Assembly: GCA_045566095.1 (NCBI GenBank)
Contig: JBJLEB010000005.1
Coordinates: forward strand, 5,458-69,457
Source of the DNA: Candidatus Pelagibacter sp.
Lineage (GTDB): Bacteria; Pseudomonadota; Alphaproteobacteria; Pelagibacterales; Pelagibacteraceae
Direction: 5' to 3'
Length of the DNA: 64,000 bases
Shown: piece after piece, positions 31,108-41,948 of the stretch
How positions within the stretch are numbered: the first letter of the stretch is position 1
Layout: every line of letters starts with the position of its first letter
The notes under the pieces: generated by a model
What the model was told of the DNA's origin: nothing
What the model saw: the letters and a program-made list of their open reading frames with translations, nothing else
The model's database searches: none
Made by a program: the position numbers and the translations under genes

Positions 31108-32103
31108 ATAAAATTTAATTTACCAAAAAAAATTCTTAGTTGGTACGATAATAATAAACGCAGACTACCGTGGCGTGTAAGCCAAAAATCACCAAAAAAG
31201 CTATATTATAGACTGCTTAGTGAATTTATGTTGCAACAAACACAAGTTAAAACTGTTATTCCTTATTTTAATAAGTTTATTGAAAATTTTAAAACGTTAC
31301 AAATTCTGTCAAAGTCGAAAGAAAGAGAAATTCTAAAACTATGGGAAGGATTAGGGTACTATAGAAGAGCAAGAAATCTTTTAGCCACTTCTAAGATATT
31401 AGTGCAAAAATATAATTCAAAATTACCTTTTGAAATAAAAGAAATTAAAAAACTCCCTGGAATTGGAGATTATACGGCAAACGCTTTATTTGGTTTGGTT
31501 CACAACAGACCGACAATTGCAGTTGATGGTAATGTTAAAAGAATATTTGCTAGGATCTTAAATAAAGAAGTATCAAAAGTTAATTTTGATAAACTTTTAC
31601 AAATAAATAAAAAAAAACTATTTAGCTCTAATAGAAATTCTAATTTTGTTGAAGCATTAATGGAATTTGGTGCATTAGTTTGTAAGCCAAAAGACCCAAA
31701 ATGCGGTATTTGTAATTTGAGAAAACCTTGTAAATATTTTAACTCTTCCAACAAAATAAAAAATTATAAAAAAAGAATGATTAGAAACAAAAATTATGAC
31801 GTTTTTTGTTATATTAATAAAAAGAAACAAATAGCGCTTACTAAAAAAAATAATTTGGGATTTTTAAATAAGTTTAACTTGCCTCTCATAAAAGAAACTA
31901 CTACTAAATCAAAGAAAGTAAATTGGAAATTTTTAAATAATTATAAAAACACTATCTCAAATATTAAATTAAATATTAATTTATATTATAAATTTTCAAA
32001 TAAAATACCTTTAAACTTTAACTGGTATTCTATTGAAAAAAATAGAGAGTTTATTCCAACTTTTACAAAAAAAATATTCAAACAAGTATCAATTTTATTC
32101 TAA
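31102..32103 (+). CDS. mutY: A/G-specific adenine glycosylase
   Basis: R.LPWR, SE.MLQQTQV, W.GLGYY.RARNL, HhH LPGIG.YTA, VDGNV.R and 4Fe-4S C-x6-C-x2-C-x5-C. Confidence 0.96.
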   Translation: MHIKFNLPKKILSWYDNNKRRLPWRVSQKSPKKLYYRLLSEFMLQQTQVKTVIPYFNKFIENFKTLQILSKSKEREILKLWEGLGYYRRARNLLATSKILVQKYNSKLPFEIKEIKKLPGIGDYTANALFGLVHNRPTIAVDGNVKRIFARILNKEVSKVNFDKLLQINKKKLFSSNRNSNFVEALMEFGALVCKPKDPKCGICNLRKPCKYFNSSNKIKNYKKRMIRNKNYDVFCYINKKKQIALTKKNNLGFLNKFNLPLIKETTTKSKKVNWKFLNNYKNTISNIKLNINLYYKFSNKIPLNFNWYSIEKNREFIPTFTKKIFKQVSILF

Positions 32104-33232
32104 TGAAAAAAAAAATAGCTATTATTGGAGCAGGCATTGCAGGATTAACACTTGCAAATTTATTTAAGATGAACTCAGATTTCGATTTTATGGTTTATGA
32201 AAAAGAAGAAAGCTTATCTTTAGAAGAAGGTTTTGGAATTCAGCTAGCAACTAATACCATTAAAATCTTAAATCACATAAATTTTAATAAAATAGATAAT
32301 AAAAATATATTTCATCCTAAAATTTTAGATTTTTACAATATTAAAAATGAAAAAATATGCGATTTAAATTTGTCCAAGTTCAATAGTATAGAAACAAAAT
32401 ATACAACTCTGCAAAGATCAACTTTAATTGAATTTTTAAAGGAAGATATCTACACTCAGCATTTAAGATTTGGAAAAAAAATCAAGGAAGTTTCTGAGCT
32501 TAAAGATAAAATTTTACTAAAATTTAATGATAATACGAATGATCTTGTAGATTTTGTAATTGCTGCTGATGGAGTGTTTTCTAGTACGAAATCTTTTTTT
32601 GAAAAGAAAAAAGTAAAGCCAAAATTTAAAAAAGCAATTGCGGCAAGAGTAATATTAAATTCAAAGTCTGGACTTAACATTAATGATGAAAATATTAGTT
32701 TAATGCTTGGAGATAATAGTCACATCGTTCTTTATCCAATTAATAAAAAAAAAGAGTTGAATTTAGTTTGTATAATGAGATGTAAAAAATATAACCCAAA
32801 TAACACAAAAGAATTAATTCAAAATTTAATTTTAAATCAAAATCCACAATTAAAAAAAATATTTGATAATGAAATTAAAACGTGGCCTTTATATTTTTCT
32901 CCAAAGATTCTTCCTTCTACTAATAAAAAGGTATTTTATATTGGAGATGCTTTTAATGGATTTTTGCCAACCCTCGCACAAGGTGCTGGTCAATCTATAG
33001 AAAGTGCTTTTGAAATATTTAATTTATTAAAAAATGATAAGTTAGACAAAGGTAATAGTTATTTTGAATTTAGATTAAAACGAGTAAACATTGTTAGAAA
33101 AAGATCAAATTTAAATTTTTTTGTATTTCATTTTTCAAGCTCAATTATGCAAAAAATTAGAAATATATTATTAAAATTTTTAGTAAAAAATGAATTTTTT
33201 ATAAAAAGTTACTTAGGTAAAATTTACAAAAA

Positions 33233-33236
<4 letters not shown>
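32103..33236 (+). CDS. Group A FAD-dependent monooxygenase (salicylate hydroxylase-like), substrate unknown
   Basis: GAGIAGL, G.GIQL, ADG..S and IGDA....P..AQGA motifs. Confidence 0.85.
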
Positions 33237-34341
<1,105 letters not shown>

Positions 34342-34381
34342 CTATTTAAAAAAAAAAAGAGTCCTTTAGTGTCTTAAAGTC

Positions 34382-34941
34382 TCAGCTCGACAATATCTTG
34401 TGTATGGGTTTAAAACCTTTTCTATGATGAGATGTTATTCCAAATTTTTTAAGTCCATCTATATGAGCTTTAGTGCCATAACCAAAATTCCTCTCCCAGG
34501 CGTAATTCTTAAATTTTTTAGATAATCTTATCATTAGTTGATCTCTAAAAACTTTAGCTACAATAGATGCAGCGCTTATGGATTTAATTTTTTCATCTCC
34601 ATTAATGATGGTTTTAAATTTTTTTAACCTTTTGGAGCAAAATTTCCATCAATCAAAACTAGTTCTGGATAGATTGACAATTTATCAATAGCTCGTTTCA
34701 TAGAGAGTAGAGCTGCTTGAAGGATATTCAGTTTAAGTATTTCTTCAACTGAGGCTACTCCAATAGCATAAGTTGAATTTAGTTTAATATGTTTTGCTAT
34801 TTCAATTCTTTTCTTGAAAGGAATTTTTTTTGAATCTTTTATTAGTTTAATATTAATTGTCTTTTTGAGTATAACAGCTGCTGAAACCACAGGTCCAGCC
34901 AAGCATCCTCTTCCTACTTCATCTACACCAGCTGTAATCAT
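34382..34941 (-). pseudogene. rnhB: Ribonuclease HII, split by a 1-nt frameshift near 34619-34633 (probably a sequence error)
   Basis: GVDEVGRG.LAGPV, DSKK and LIDG, then TAA at 34624-34626. The shifted frame continues FKTIINGDEKIKSISAASIVAKV.RD...FGYGTKAH...HHRKGFKPI to TGA at 34382. Confidence 0.9.
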
Positions 34942-34953
34942 TTGATTATTCTA

Positions 34954-35655
34954 TTATATTTTAAGCTTTACTTTTTTTTCTCTAATCATTTTAAGGTCGA
35001 CCCAGGCCATTTTTTTTTGAGCTGGTTGTCTCATTAAAAAAGCTGGATGAAAGGTAACAATTATTGAAGTTTTGCATTTTCCAATTATTTTTTCTATCCA
35101 CTTGCCTCTTACTTTTGAAATAACTTCTTTTTGATTTATTATAGCGTTCATTGCAGAACTACCCAATAAGACTAATATTTTTGGATCAATAATTTCAATA
35201 TGCTTTTTAAGATAAGGTAAGTATCTTTCTACTTCCTCAGCTGTTGGAGTTCTATTTTCAGGTGGACGGTAATTCACTAAATTAGTTATATAAACTTGTT
35301 TACGATCCAGGTTTATCGAAGCTAACATTTTATCTAAAAGCGCTCCAGCTCGACCAACAAAAGGAAGGCCTTCTAGATCTTCATTAGAACCAGGACCTTC
35401 TCCAATTAACATAATTTTTGCTTTAGGGTTGCCATCAGCAAACACAATATTAGTAGCATTTTTTTTTAAATTACAATTTTTAATGTTATAGATAGACTGT
35501 TTTAATTTCTGCAATTTTTCAGCTTTATCAGCTGGTAATTCAAAAGTATCTTTTTTATATCTATTGATTGCAGCATTATTGTAAATTAAATTATAGTTAA
35601 TAAAGTTATAAAATTTTATTAACTTAATTGTTTTAGTATTAATTTTCTTTATCAT
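34954..35655 (-). CDS. Uracil-DNA glycosylase, family 4
   Basis: IGEGPG..ED..G.PFVGRAG.LLD, YITN..NYRPP.NR.P and HPA.L.R motifs. ATG at 35655 preferred over 35718; start uncertain. Confidence 0.92.
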   Translation of the reverse strand: MIKKINTKTIKLIKFYNFINYNLIYNNAAINRYKKDTFELPADKAEKLQKLKQSIYNIKNCNLKKNATNIVFADGNPKAKIMLIGEGPGSNEDLEGLPFVGRAGALLDKMLASINLDRKQVYITNLVNYRPPENRTPTAEEVERYLPYLKKHIEIIDPKILVLLGSSAMNAIINQKEVISKVRGKWIEKIIGKCKTSIIVTFHPAFLMRQPAQKKMAWVDLKMIREKKVKLKI

Positions 35656-37357
35656 GAAGTTTATGAATATTTTTAAATTTAAATTTAAGCTTATATTACA
35701 ATTACTGTTTGTCATCATTTTTTTTGTCCCCCTTCAAGCTAAAAACATAGATAAATTTAATGAAGGAAATTATATTTCGAGTTATTTTTCAGGAATACTT
35801 CTTTTAAACGATAGTCAGTATGATGAGTCCTACAATTTTTTAAAAAAACTTAACGGTTTGGAAGAAAGTCATTTAAATTATCCCTTAAGATACCTTTATT
35901 CATTGATCAACCTAGGTAAATTTAATGAGGCTTTTAATTATTCAAAAAAATTAGAAAAGAAAAAATTAAGTAATTTTGAAAGTGACCTGATTATAGGCAT
36001 TTACTATCTAAAAAATAGAAATCATGATTTAGCTAAAGAATACTTTTTAAAGTTAAAAAAAAGAAAAACCAATTCCATGCTTAATAATTTTATAACAAAC
36101 TCTCTCTTGAATTGGATAAGTTTCAAAGAATTAGACTTAAATAGTGCCCAAAATAAAATTAATAAAGTTGACTCAAGGTTTGCAAATTTAAAGAGTATTC
36201 AAAATGTGTTTTTACACTGTTTCTATAACAGTCCAAAAACAGAAATTTATTTTGAAAAACTAATTTCAAATAAAAAAATAGATTTTTCTAGATACAACTA
36301 TTTTTATGCTGTGCACCTTTCCAATAAAGGTAAAATAGATCAAACCAAAAAATTAGTAAGTTCTTCACTTGAGCTATACCCGAGAAACTTACTATTAAAT
36401 CAATACAAGTTAGATTTACAGAATAACAAATATAAAAATAACTTTAATTGTCAAAATTTATCTAATGTCGTAGCTGAACTTCTTTATATCACTGCTAATG
36501 CTTTATCGTCTCAAAGAATTTATACTTTTTCCAATTTTTATTTAAATCTATCAAAATATTTAAATAATGATTTTTATTCTTTTGATACGCTATTGGCAGA
36601 AAATTTTTATAATATAGATGATTTTGCTCAAGCTAAAAAAATTTATAAAGAGTTAAGCAAGCATGGGGAAGCTTTTTTCTGGTATAGTGCTAAACAAAAT
36701 GCAAAAATTTTTATAAGAGAAGATAAAAAAGAAAAAGCCTTAAAACTTATCGTAAATAGTTATAAAAAATTATCTCAAAAAAATATTTATTTAACATATG
36801 ATTATGCAAAATTTTTAAAAAATAATGATAAATTTGAAGAGTCAATTAAAATATATTCTGATTTGATTAAAAAGATAAAAAAAACGCATCCTTTATATGC
36901 TGGCATAAAAGATGGAAGAGGGGTTTCATATGAAAGAATAGGTCAGTGGGACAAAGCAGAATTGGATTTACTTTCCTCATTAGACGCAAGGCCAGACCAG
37001 GCCTATGTTATTAACTATCTAGCTTATTCTTGGATTGAGAAAGGTATAAATATAAACCAGTCATTAAAAATGCTTAAAAAAGCAAATAATTTAAAATCAA
37101 ATGATCCTTATATAATTGACTCTTTAGGCTGGGCTTTATTCAAATTAAAAAGATATAAAGATGCAAAAAAATACCTTCAATCGGCAGTCGAATTAATGCC
37201 AGCTGACCCTGTAGTAAATGATCATTATGGAGATGCATTATGGAAAAATGGAAAAAAAATTCAAGCCAGATATTATTGGAATTACGTATTGAATTTGAAA
37301 GACACAGAAAAAGATCTTAAAAAGATTATAAAAAAAAAGCTAGTATCAGGTATTTAA
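35654..37357 (+). CDS. Exported tetratricopeptide-repeat protein
   Basis: Signal-like N-terminus; C-terminal TPRs NYLAYSW, YIIDSLGWA and DP..NDHYGDALW..G....AR..W; conserved upstream of ispE in Alphaproteobacteria. Confidence 0.88.
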   Translation: MKFMNIFKFKFKLILQLLFVIIFFVPLQAKNIDKFNEGNYISSYFSGILLLNDSQYDESYNFLKKLNGLEESHLNYPLRYLYSLINLGKFNEAFNYSKKLEKKKLSNFESDLIIGIYYLKNRNHDLAKEYFLKLKKRKTNSMLNNFITNSLLNWISFKELDLNSAQNKINKVDSRFANLKSIQNVFLHCFYNSPKTEIYFEKLISNKKIDFSRYNYFYAVHLSNKGKIDQTKKLVSSSLELYPRNLLLNQYKLDLQNNKYKNNFNCQNLSNVVAELLYITANALSSQRIYTFSNFYLNLSKYLNNDFYSFDTLLAENFYNIDDFAQAKKIYKELSKHGEAFFWYSAKQNAKIFIREDKKEKALKLIVNSYKKLSQKNIYLTYDYAKFLKNNDKFEESIKIYSDLIKKIKKTHPLYAGIKDGRGVSYERIGQWDKAELDLLSSLDARPDQAYVINYLAYSWIEKGININQSLKMLKKANNLKSNDPYIIDSLGWALFKLKRYKDAKKYLQSAVELMPADPVVNDHYGDALWKNGKKIQARYYWNYVLNLKDTEKDLKKIIKKKLVSGI

Positions 37358-37363
37358 AGCAAG

Positions 37364-38200
37364 ATGATAATTAAATCCTTTTCAAAGATTAACCTGTCAC
37401 TAAATATTACCAGAAAATTAAAAAAAAAAAGCTTGCATGATTTGCAGTCGTATTTTTGTCTAATAAATTTACATGATCAAATTAGGATAAAAAAAATTTC
37501 AGGTCAAAAAGATAAAGTAAAATTTCAAGGAAAATTTGCCAAGTATATAAAAAAAAAAAATTCTATAACAAATATTTTGACTGTATTGAGAGAAAGAAAT
37601 TTAATCTCTAACTACTATTCAGTTATAGTAAATAAAAAAATACCTGTTTTTGCTGGGTTAGGTGGAGGAACTAGTAATGCAGTATATTTAGCAAAATATT
37701 TAACTAAAGATAATATAGGTAAAGATTTACTAAGAGCTTTAGAAAAAAAAATAGGATCAGATTTTAAATTATTTTTACAAAAACAAGGCTTTTTAGAAAA
37801 TCTTGAAAGAATTAATAATTTTGGAAAGAAATACAAATTGCATTTTTTATTGGTTTATCCAAAAATAAGATGTTCCTCTCGAGATGTTTATTCAAAAGTA
37901 AAAAAATATTCTTCAAAATCAAATTTTAGTTTAAAAAAAATTAATAGTAAAAGTCGATTTATAGATTTTTTAATTGGGAAAAATAATGATTTACAATTAA
38001 TTGTTACTAAAAAACATCCTATTATAGGGATGATAATTAGAGAAATAAGAAAAAATAAAGGGTGTTATTTTTCAAGAATAACTGGATCTGGGTCTGTTTG
38101 TTATGGTGTTTTTAAAAGTAAAAAAGAAGCTTTTAATGCTTTAAAAAGAGTTAAGTCAAAATATCCAAAATACTGGTTTTCGGTTGCAAAAACTATTTAA
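37364..38200 (+). CDS. ispE: 4-diphosphocytidyl-2-C-methyl-D-erythritol kinase
   Basis: KINL.L, K.IP..AGLGGG.SNA, G.D, NDL and TGSGS motifs. Confidence 0.93.
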   Translation: MIIKSFSKINLSLNITRKLKKKSLHDLQSYFCLINLHDQIRIKKISGQKDKVKFQGKFAKYIKKKNSITNILTVLRERNLISNYYSVIVNKKIPVFAGLGGGTSNAVYLAKYLTKDNIGKDLLRALEKKIGSDFKLFLQKQGFLENLERINNFGKKYKLHFLLVYPKIRCSSRDVYSKVKKYSSKSNFSLKKINSKSRFIDFLIGKNNDLQLIVTKKHPIIGMIIREIRKNKGCYFSRITGSGSVCYGVFKSKKEAFNALKRVKSKYPKYWFSVAKTI

Positions 38201-38235
38201 ATTTCTAGTTTTATGATATATCAAAATCTTAGAAT

Positions 38236-38309
38236 TGGGGCATAGCCAAGCGGTAAGGCAGCGGTTTTTGATACCGCCATCCTAGGTTCGAATCCTAGTG
38301 CCCCAGCCA
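38236..38309 (+). tRNA. tRNA-Gln (anticodon TTG), CCA encoded
   Basis: Acceptor stem TGGGGCA/TGCCCCA, D-arm GCCAAGCGGTAAGGC, anticodon arm GCGGT-TTTTGAT-ACCGC, T-arm CTAGG-TTCGAAT-CCTAG, 3' GCCA. Confidence 0.98.
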
Positions 38310-38316
38310 ATAAAAT

Positions 38317-39579
38317 ATGTTTAACCCTAGCTTAATTCAGAAAATAAAAAATTTTTTTTCCCCTTTCTATAAAGATAATGATTTGAAATTTATTTTTAAA
38401 AAGTTAGAAGAGGGATCTTCTAATCAATCTAAAACAGCTATGTTTGTTGGTGGATGCGTTAGAAAATATTTGTCTTATCAGAAAATCGACGATATTGATA
38501 TTGCAACATCGTTAACGTCAGATCAGATTAAAGAAAAGTTTAAAGATACAAAATTTAAAGTTATTGAAAGTGGAATTCAACACGGAACAGTAACTCTTAT
38601 TTCAGATAAATTAAAAGTTGAACTTACTACTTTAAGAAAAGATATTAAAACTGATGGTAGACATGCTGAAGTAGAATTCATTGATAGCTGGGAAGAAGAT
38701 TCTAATAGAAGAGATTTTACAATTAATGCAATTTATTTAGGAATAAATGGAAAAATATTTGACCCTCAATTAGGAGTAAAAGATCTAAAAAATAGTAAAG
38801 TCAAATTTATTGGGGATCCACATAAAAGAATAGAAGAAGATTATTTAAGAATTATACGATTTATAAGATTTTCATTAGAGTACAAAAATGAAATAGAAAA
38901 AATTACAATTGAAGCTATAAAATTAAATTTAATTGGAATAAAAAAAATTTCTAAAGAAAGAATTTTAACTGAGTTATTTAAGATTTTACGTACAAAGAAT
39001 TTCATAAAAATAAATGATAATTCACTTTTAAAAGAAATATTTTTACTAATCTTTCCTGAGTTAAAATATTTATCAAGACTCAACAAATTAAACGAAATTG
39101 ATGATCAAACTGTTTTTGATAAAAAAACTCTTTTGGGGATTTTATTAATTGATGGAACAAATAATCATGAATATTTTTCACATAAATATAATATTTCTAA
39201 CGATTTAAAGAGAAATCTTAATATTTTAGCCAATAACTTTACAAATTTAAGTCAAACAAACAAATTTTTTCAAAAAGATTTAAAAAAAAATATTTATTTT
39301 TTCGGAAAAAACCACTTAAAAACTTTAAATTTGATTAAATTTTTAGATAATAAAAAATTAAAGATTCAAGATTATTCGAGAACTTCAAAATTAATTGACA
39401 AAATGTCCTTACCTAAATTTCCTTTCGATGGAGATTATTTAAAAAATAGGGGAATGAAACAGGGAGAGTATATAGGAAAAGTTTTGAAAATTTTGGAGGA
39501 GGAATGGCTTAATAATGACTTTAAAATTTCAGACCAGAAAATTTCTCAGATAATTAATGATAAAAATAACTATATGTAA
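38317..39579 (+). CDS. cca: CCA tRNA nucleotidyltransferase / poly(A) polymerase family
   Basis: VGGCVR, DIDIAT, E.TTLR.D..TDGRHA, RRDFTINA and RI.EDYLRI.R motifs. Confidence 0.9.
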   Translation: MFNPSLIQKIKNFFSPFYKDNDLKFIFKKLEEGSSNQSKTAMFVGGCVRKYLSYQKIDDIDIATSLTSDQIKEKFKDTKFKVIESGIQHGTVTLISDKLKVELTTLRKDIKTDGRHAEVEFIDSWEEDSNRRDFTINAIYLGINGKIFDPQLGVKDLKNSKVKFIGDPHKRIEEDYLRIIRFIRFSLEYKNEIEKITIEAIKLNLIGIKKISKERILTELFKILRTKNFIKINDNSLLKEIFLLIFPELKYLSRLNKLNEIDDQTVFDKKTLLGILLIDGTNNHEYFSHKYNISNDLKRNLNILANNFTNLSQTNKFFQKDLKKNIYFFGKNHLKTLNLIKFLDNKKLKIQDYSRTSKLIDKMSLPKFPFDGDYLKNRGMKQGEYIGKVLKILEEEWLNNDFKISDQKISQIINDKNNYM

Positions 39580-40046
39580 TTAACTTCTTTGATTTCAAAA
39601 TTTCTCTCTCCAGAAGGGGTGCTGACACTAACTATGTCATTTTTATTTTTACCTATTAAAGCTTTACCAATAGGACTCTTGTAAAAAATTAAATTTTTAG
39701 AAATATCAGCCTCATCTTGTCCCACCAATCTGTAGGAAATTTCTTTATTAGTGTCTAGGTCTTGAGCTTTAATGGTTGAGCCAAAAATTACTTTACCCTT
39801 ATTTTCAATTTTTGTGACGTCGATAACATTTGCTCTAGCTATTAAATCGTTTATCGTTAATACACGACCTTCAATTAATCCTTGTTGATCTTTTGCAGCG
39901 TGGTATTCAGCGTTTTCTTTTAAATCCCCATGCGACCTTGCTTCAGCTATTGCAGCAACTATTTTCGGCCTCTGAACATTCTTTAAATTTTCTAATTCTG
40001 ATTTTAAATTTTCTAAACCTTTAACTGTAATTGGTTCTTTATCCAT
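39570..40046 (-). CDS. greA: Transcription elongation factor GreA
   Basis: AR.HGDL.ENAEYHAAK and SPIGKALIGK motifs. Confidence 0.98.
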   Translation of the reverse strand: MDKEPITVKGLENLKSELENLKNVQRPKIVAAIAEARSHGDLKENAEYHAAKDQQGLIEGRVLTINDLIARANVIDVTKIENKGKVIFGSTIKAQDLDTNKEISYRLVGQDEADISKNLIFYKSPIGKALIGKNKNDIVSVSTPSGERNFEIKEVNYI

Positions 40047-40049
40047 AAT

Positions 40050-40874
40050 TTATTCCCAATTTGCTTGTAGAGGTAAGGACATTAAAATTGAGTCTGTATT
40101 TCCACCTGTATTTAAACCAAACTTCGTACCTCTATCATATAAAAGATTAAATTCAACATATCTTCCTCTTTTTAAAAGTTGTTTCTTTTTATCTTTTTTT
40201 GTCCATTTTAAATTTTTTTTTCTTTTAATTAGTTCTTTTGAAATATTTATAAATGTTAAACCTAGATCTCTAATAAATTTAAAGTTGTTATTCCAATTTT
40301 TGGTTTCATAGTCAAAAAAAATTCCACCAATTCCTCTTGCTTCATTTCTATGAGGCAAATAAAAATATTCATCACATTTTTTTTTATAATTATTGTAGTT
40401 TTTTTTATTTTTCAAACAAATTTTTTTGAGTTCTTTATGAACATATAATTTTTCTTTTTTGTCTTCATAGCTTGGTGTTACATCCATTCCACCCCCAAAC
40501 CACTCTTTTGACGTAACAATAAATCTTGTATTGAAATGAATTGCAGGTATTTTAGGATTCTTCATGTGTGCTACTACGGAAATTCCAGAAGCCCAATATT
40601 TTCCATCTTTGTTAGCACCTAATATTTTTGATCTAAATTCTTTTTTAAATTTTCCAGAAACCGTAGATTTATTAACTCCAACTTTTTCAAATAAATTTCC
40701 CCTCAACATCAAATAAGAAGTTCCACCTCCTTCTTTCTTATTATCTTTGTACCAGTCTCTTCTGATAAATCTTTTTTTACCTTTTTCTAATAATTCAAAT
40801 TCTTTACAAATTTGACTTTGTAAATAATCAAACCAACTATCAGTTATTTTTTTTTTAAACTCTGTGTCTATCAT
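40050..40874 (-). CDS. hemF: Oxygen-dependent coproporphyrinogen III oxidase
   Basis: FEKVGVN.S.V.G, WFGGG.D.TP, RG.GGIFFD and RGRYVEFNL.YDRGT.FGL motifs. Confidence 0.97.
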   Translation of the reverse strand: MIDTEFKKKITDSWFDYLQSQICKEFELLEKGKKRFIRRDWYKDNKKEGGGTSYLMLRGNLFEKVGVNKSTVSGKFKKEFRSKILGANKDGKYWASGISVVAHMKNPKIPAIHFNTRFIVTSKEWFGGGMDVTPSYEDKKEKLYVHKELKKICLKNKKNYNNYKKKCDEYFYLPHRNEARGIGGIFFDYETKNWNNNFKFIRDLGLTFINISKELIKRKKNLKWTKKDKKKQLLKRGRYVEFNLLYDRGTKFGLNTGGNTDSILMSLPLQANWE

Positions 40875-41323
40875 TTTGTTAGAAAATTATTTTGTCTTAA
40901 AGCTTCAGATACGACTATAGCAGCTGTCGTTGCAACATTAAGAGATCTAGTTTTTTTATCAATTGGCACCTTTAATTTAAACTTTATTGATTCATGAAAA
41001 GATTCTGGAATTCCACAACTTTCCCTACCAAATAAAAGCATATCATCTTTTTTAAACTTAAATTTGTGATATAATTTTTTAGCTTTAGTTGTCATCAGAA
41101 CTATTCTTGAATTTTTGTTTTTTTTCATAAACATATTATAATCCTCGTATCTAAAAATTTTACTTAATCCAATATAGTCCATTACCACTCTTTTAAATCT
41201 AGAATCGTTTAAATCAAATCCGCATGGTTCTATAATATGAACATTTACGTTAAAGCATGCGCTAAATCTAAGAATTGCAGCTGTATTTTGAGGTATGTCA
41301 GGTTTATATAGAACTATGTGCAT
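40871..41323 (-). CDS. trmL: tRNA (cytidine/uridine-34 2'-O)-methyltransferase, SpoU family
   Basis: P.IPQNT, H.IEP.GF, FGRES.G.P and RSLN motifs. Confidence 0.92.
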   Translation of the reverse strand: MHIVLYKPDIPQNTAAILRFSACFNVNVHIIEPCGFDLNDSRFKRVVMDYIGLSKIFRYEDYNMFMKKNKNSRIVLMTTKAKKLYHKFKFKKDDMLLFGRESCGIPESFHESIKFKLKVPIDKKTRSLNVATTAAIVVSEALRQNNFLTK

Positions 41324-41421
41324 TATTATCGCTTAATTTACTTAATTTATGTGTCATTCTGACCCTGGAAAATAGAATAATTTAGTTTTATTAAATATTT
41401 GCATTATAAACACTTACATAA

Positions 41422-41940
41422 ATGAGCAAAGAAGAAAAAGTAAACAGAAGAGATTTTTTATTTACAGCCAGCTACACAGTCGGAGCTGTTGGGCTAGGAG
41501 CTGTCGTATGGCCTTTAGTGCACCAAATGAATCCAGATAAAGCCCAACAAGCGCTTGCCACAACTGAAGTTGATATTAGTCAAGTTGAACCTGGAAAATC
41601 TATAACTGTCTTGTGGCGAGGAAAACCAGTTTTTCTTAAAAGAAGAACTGTAGAAGAAATTGCTGAAGCAAGATCAGTTAATTTACAAGATTTGCCAGAC
41701 CCTCAAAAAGATGAAGAGAGAGTTAAAGAAGGCAAGGATGAATGGTTAGTAATGCTAGGGGTATGCACTCACCTTGGGTGTGTTCCATTAAAAGACAAAG
41801 GAGATTATAAAGGCTGGTTTTGTCCATGTCACGGTTCTCATTATGATGGCTCTGGCAGAATTAGAAAAGGTCCAGCACCAAAAAATATGGAGATACCTAA
41901 ATTTGAATTTGTTAATAACAATACAATTAAAATAGGATAA
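41422..41940 (+). CDS. petA: Rieske iron-sulfur subunit of cytochrome bc1
   Basis: Tat motif [13 protein letters not shown] and CPCHGSHYD. Confidence 0.99.
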   Translation: MSKEEKVNRRDFLFTASYTVGAVGLGAVVWPLVHQMNPDKAQQALATTEVDISQVEPGKSITVLWRGKPVFLKRRTVEEIAEARSVNLQDLPDPQKDEERVKEGKDEWLVMLGVCTHLGCVPLKDKGDYKGWFCPCHGSHYDGSGRIRKGPAPKNMEIPKFEFVNNNTIKIG

Positions 41941-41948
41941 TAATTTTT

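Noticed and set aside
35656-35718. Longer ORF-track starts for udg (35718), also ubiA (7000), ccrM (34317) and the response regulator (52329)
   Set aside because: The extensions overlap neighbouring genes or promoter-like DNA; nearer ATGs fit better.
37420-37560. A11 and A12 tracts in ispE (also T12 at 9909, A12 at 62818) as phase-variation switches
   Set aside because: In frame, encode Lys runs in housekeeping genes, and are expected at this AT content.
38236-38320. Genomic island or prophage at tRNA-Gln
   Set aside because: No integrase, no att duplication, and core genes on both sides.
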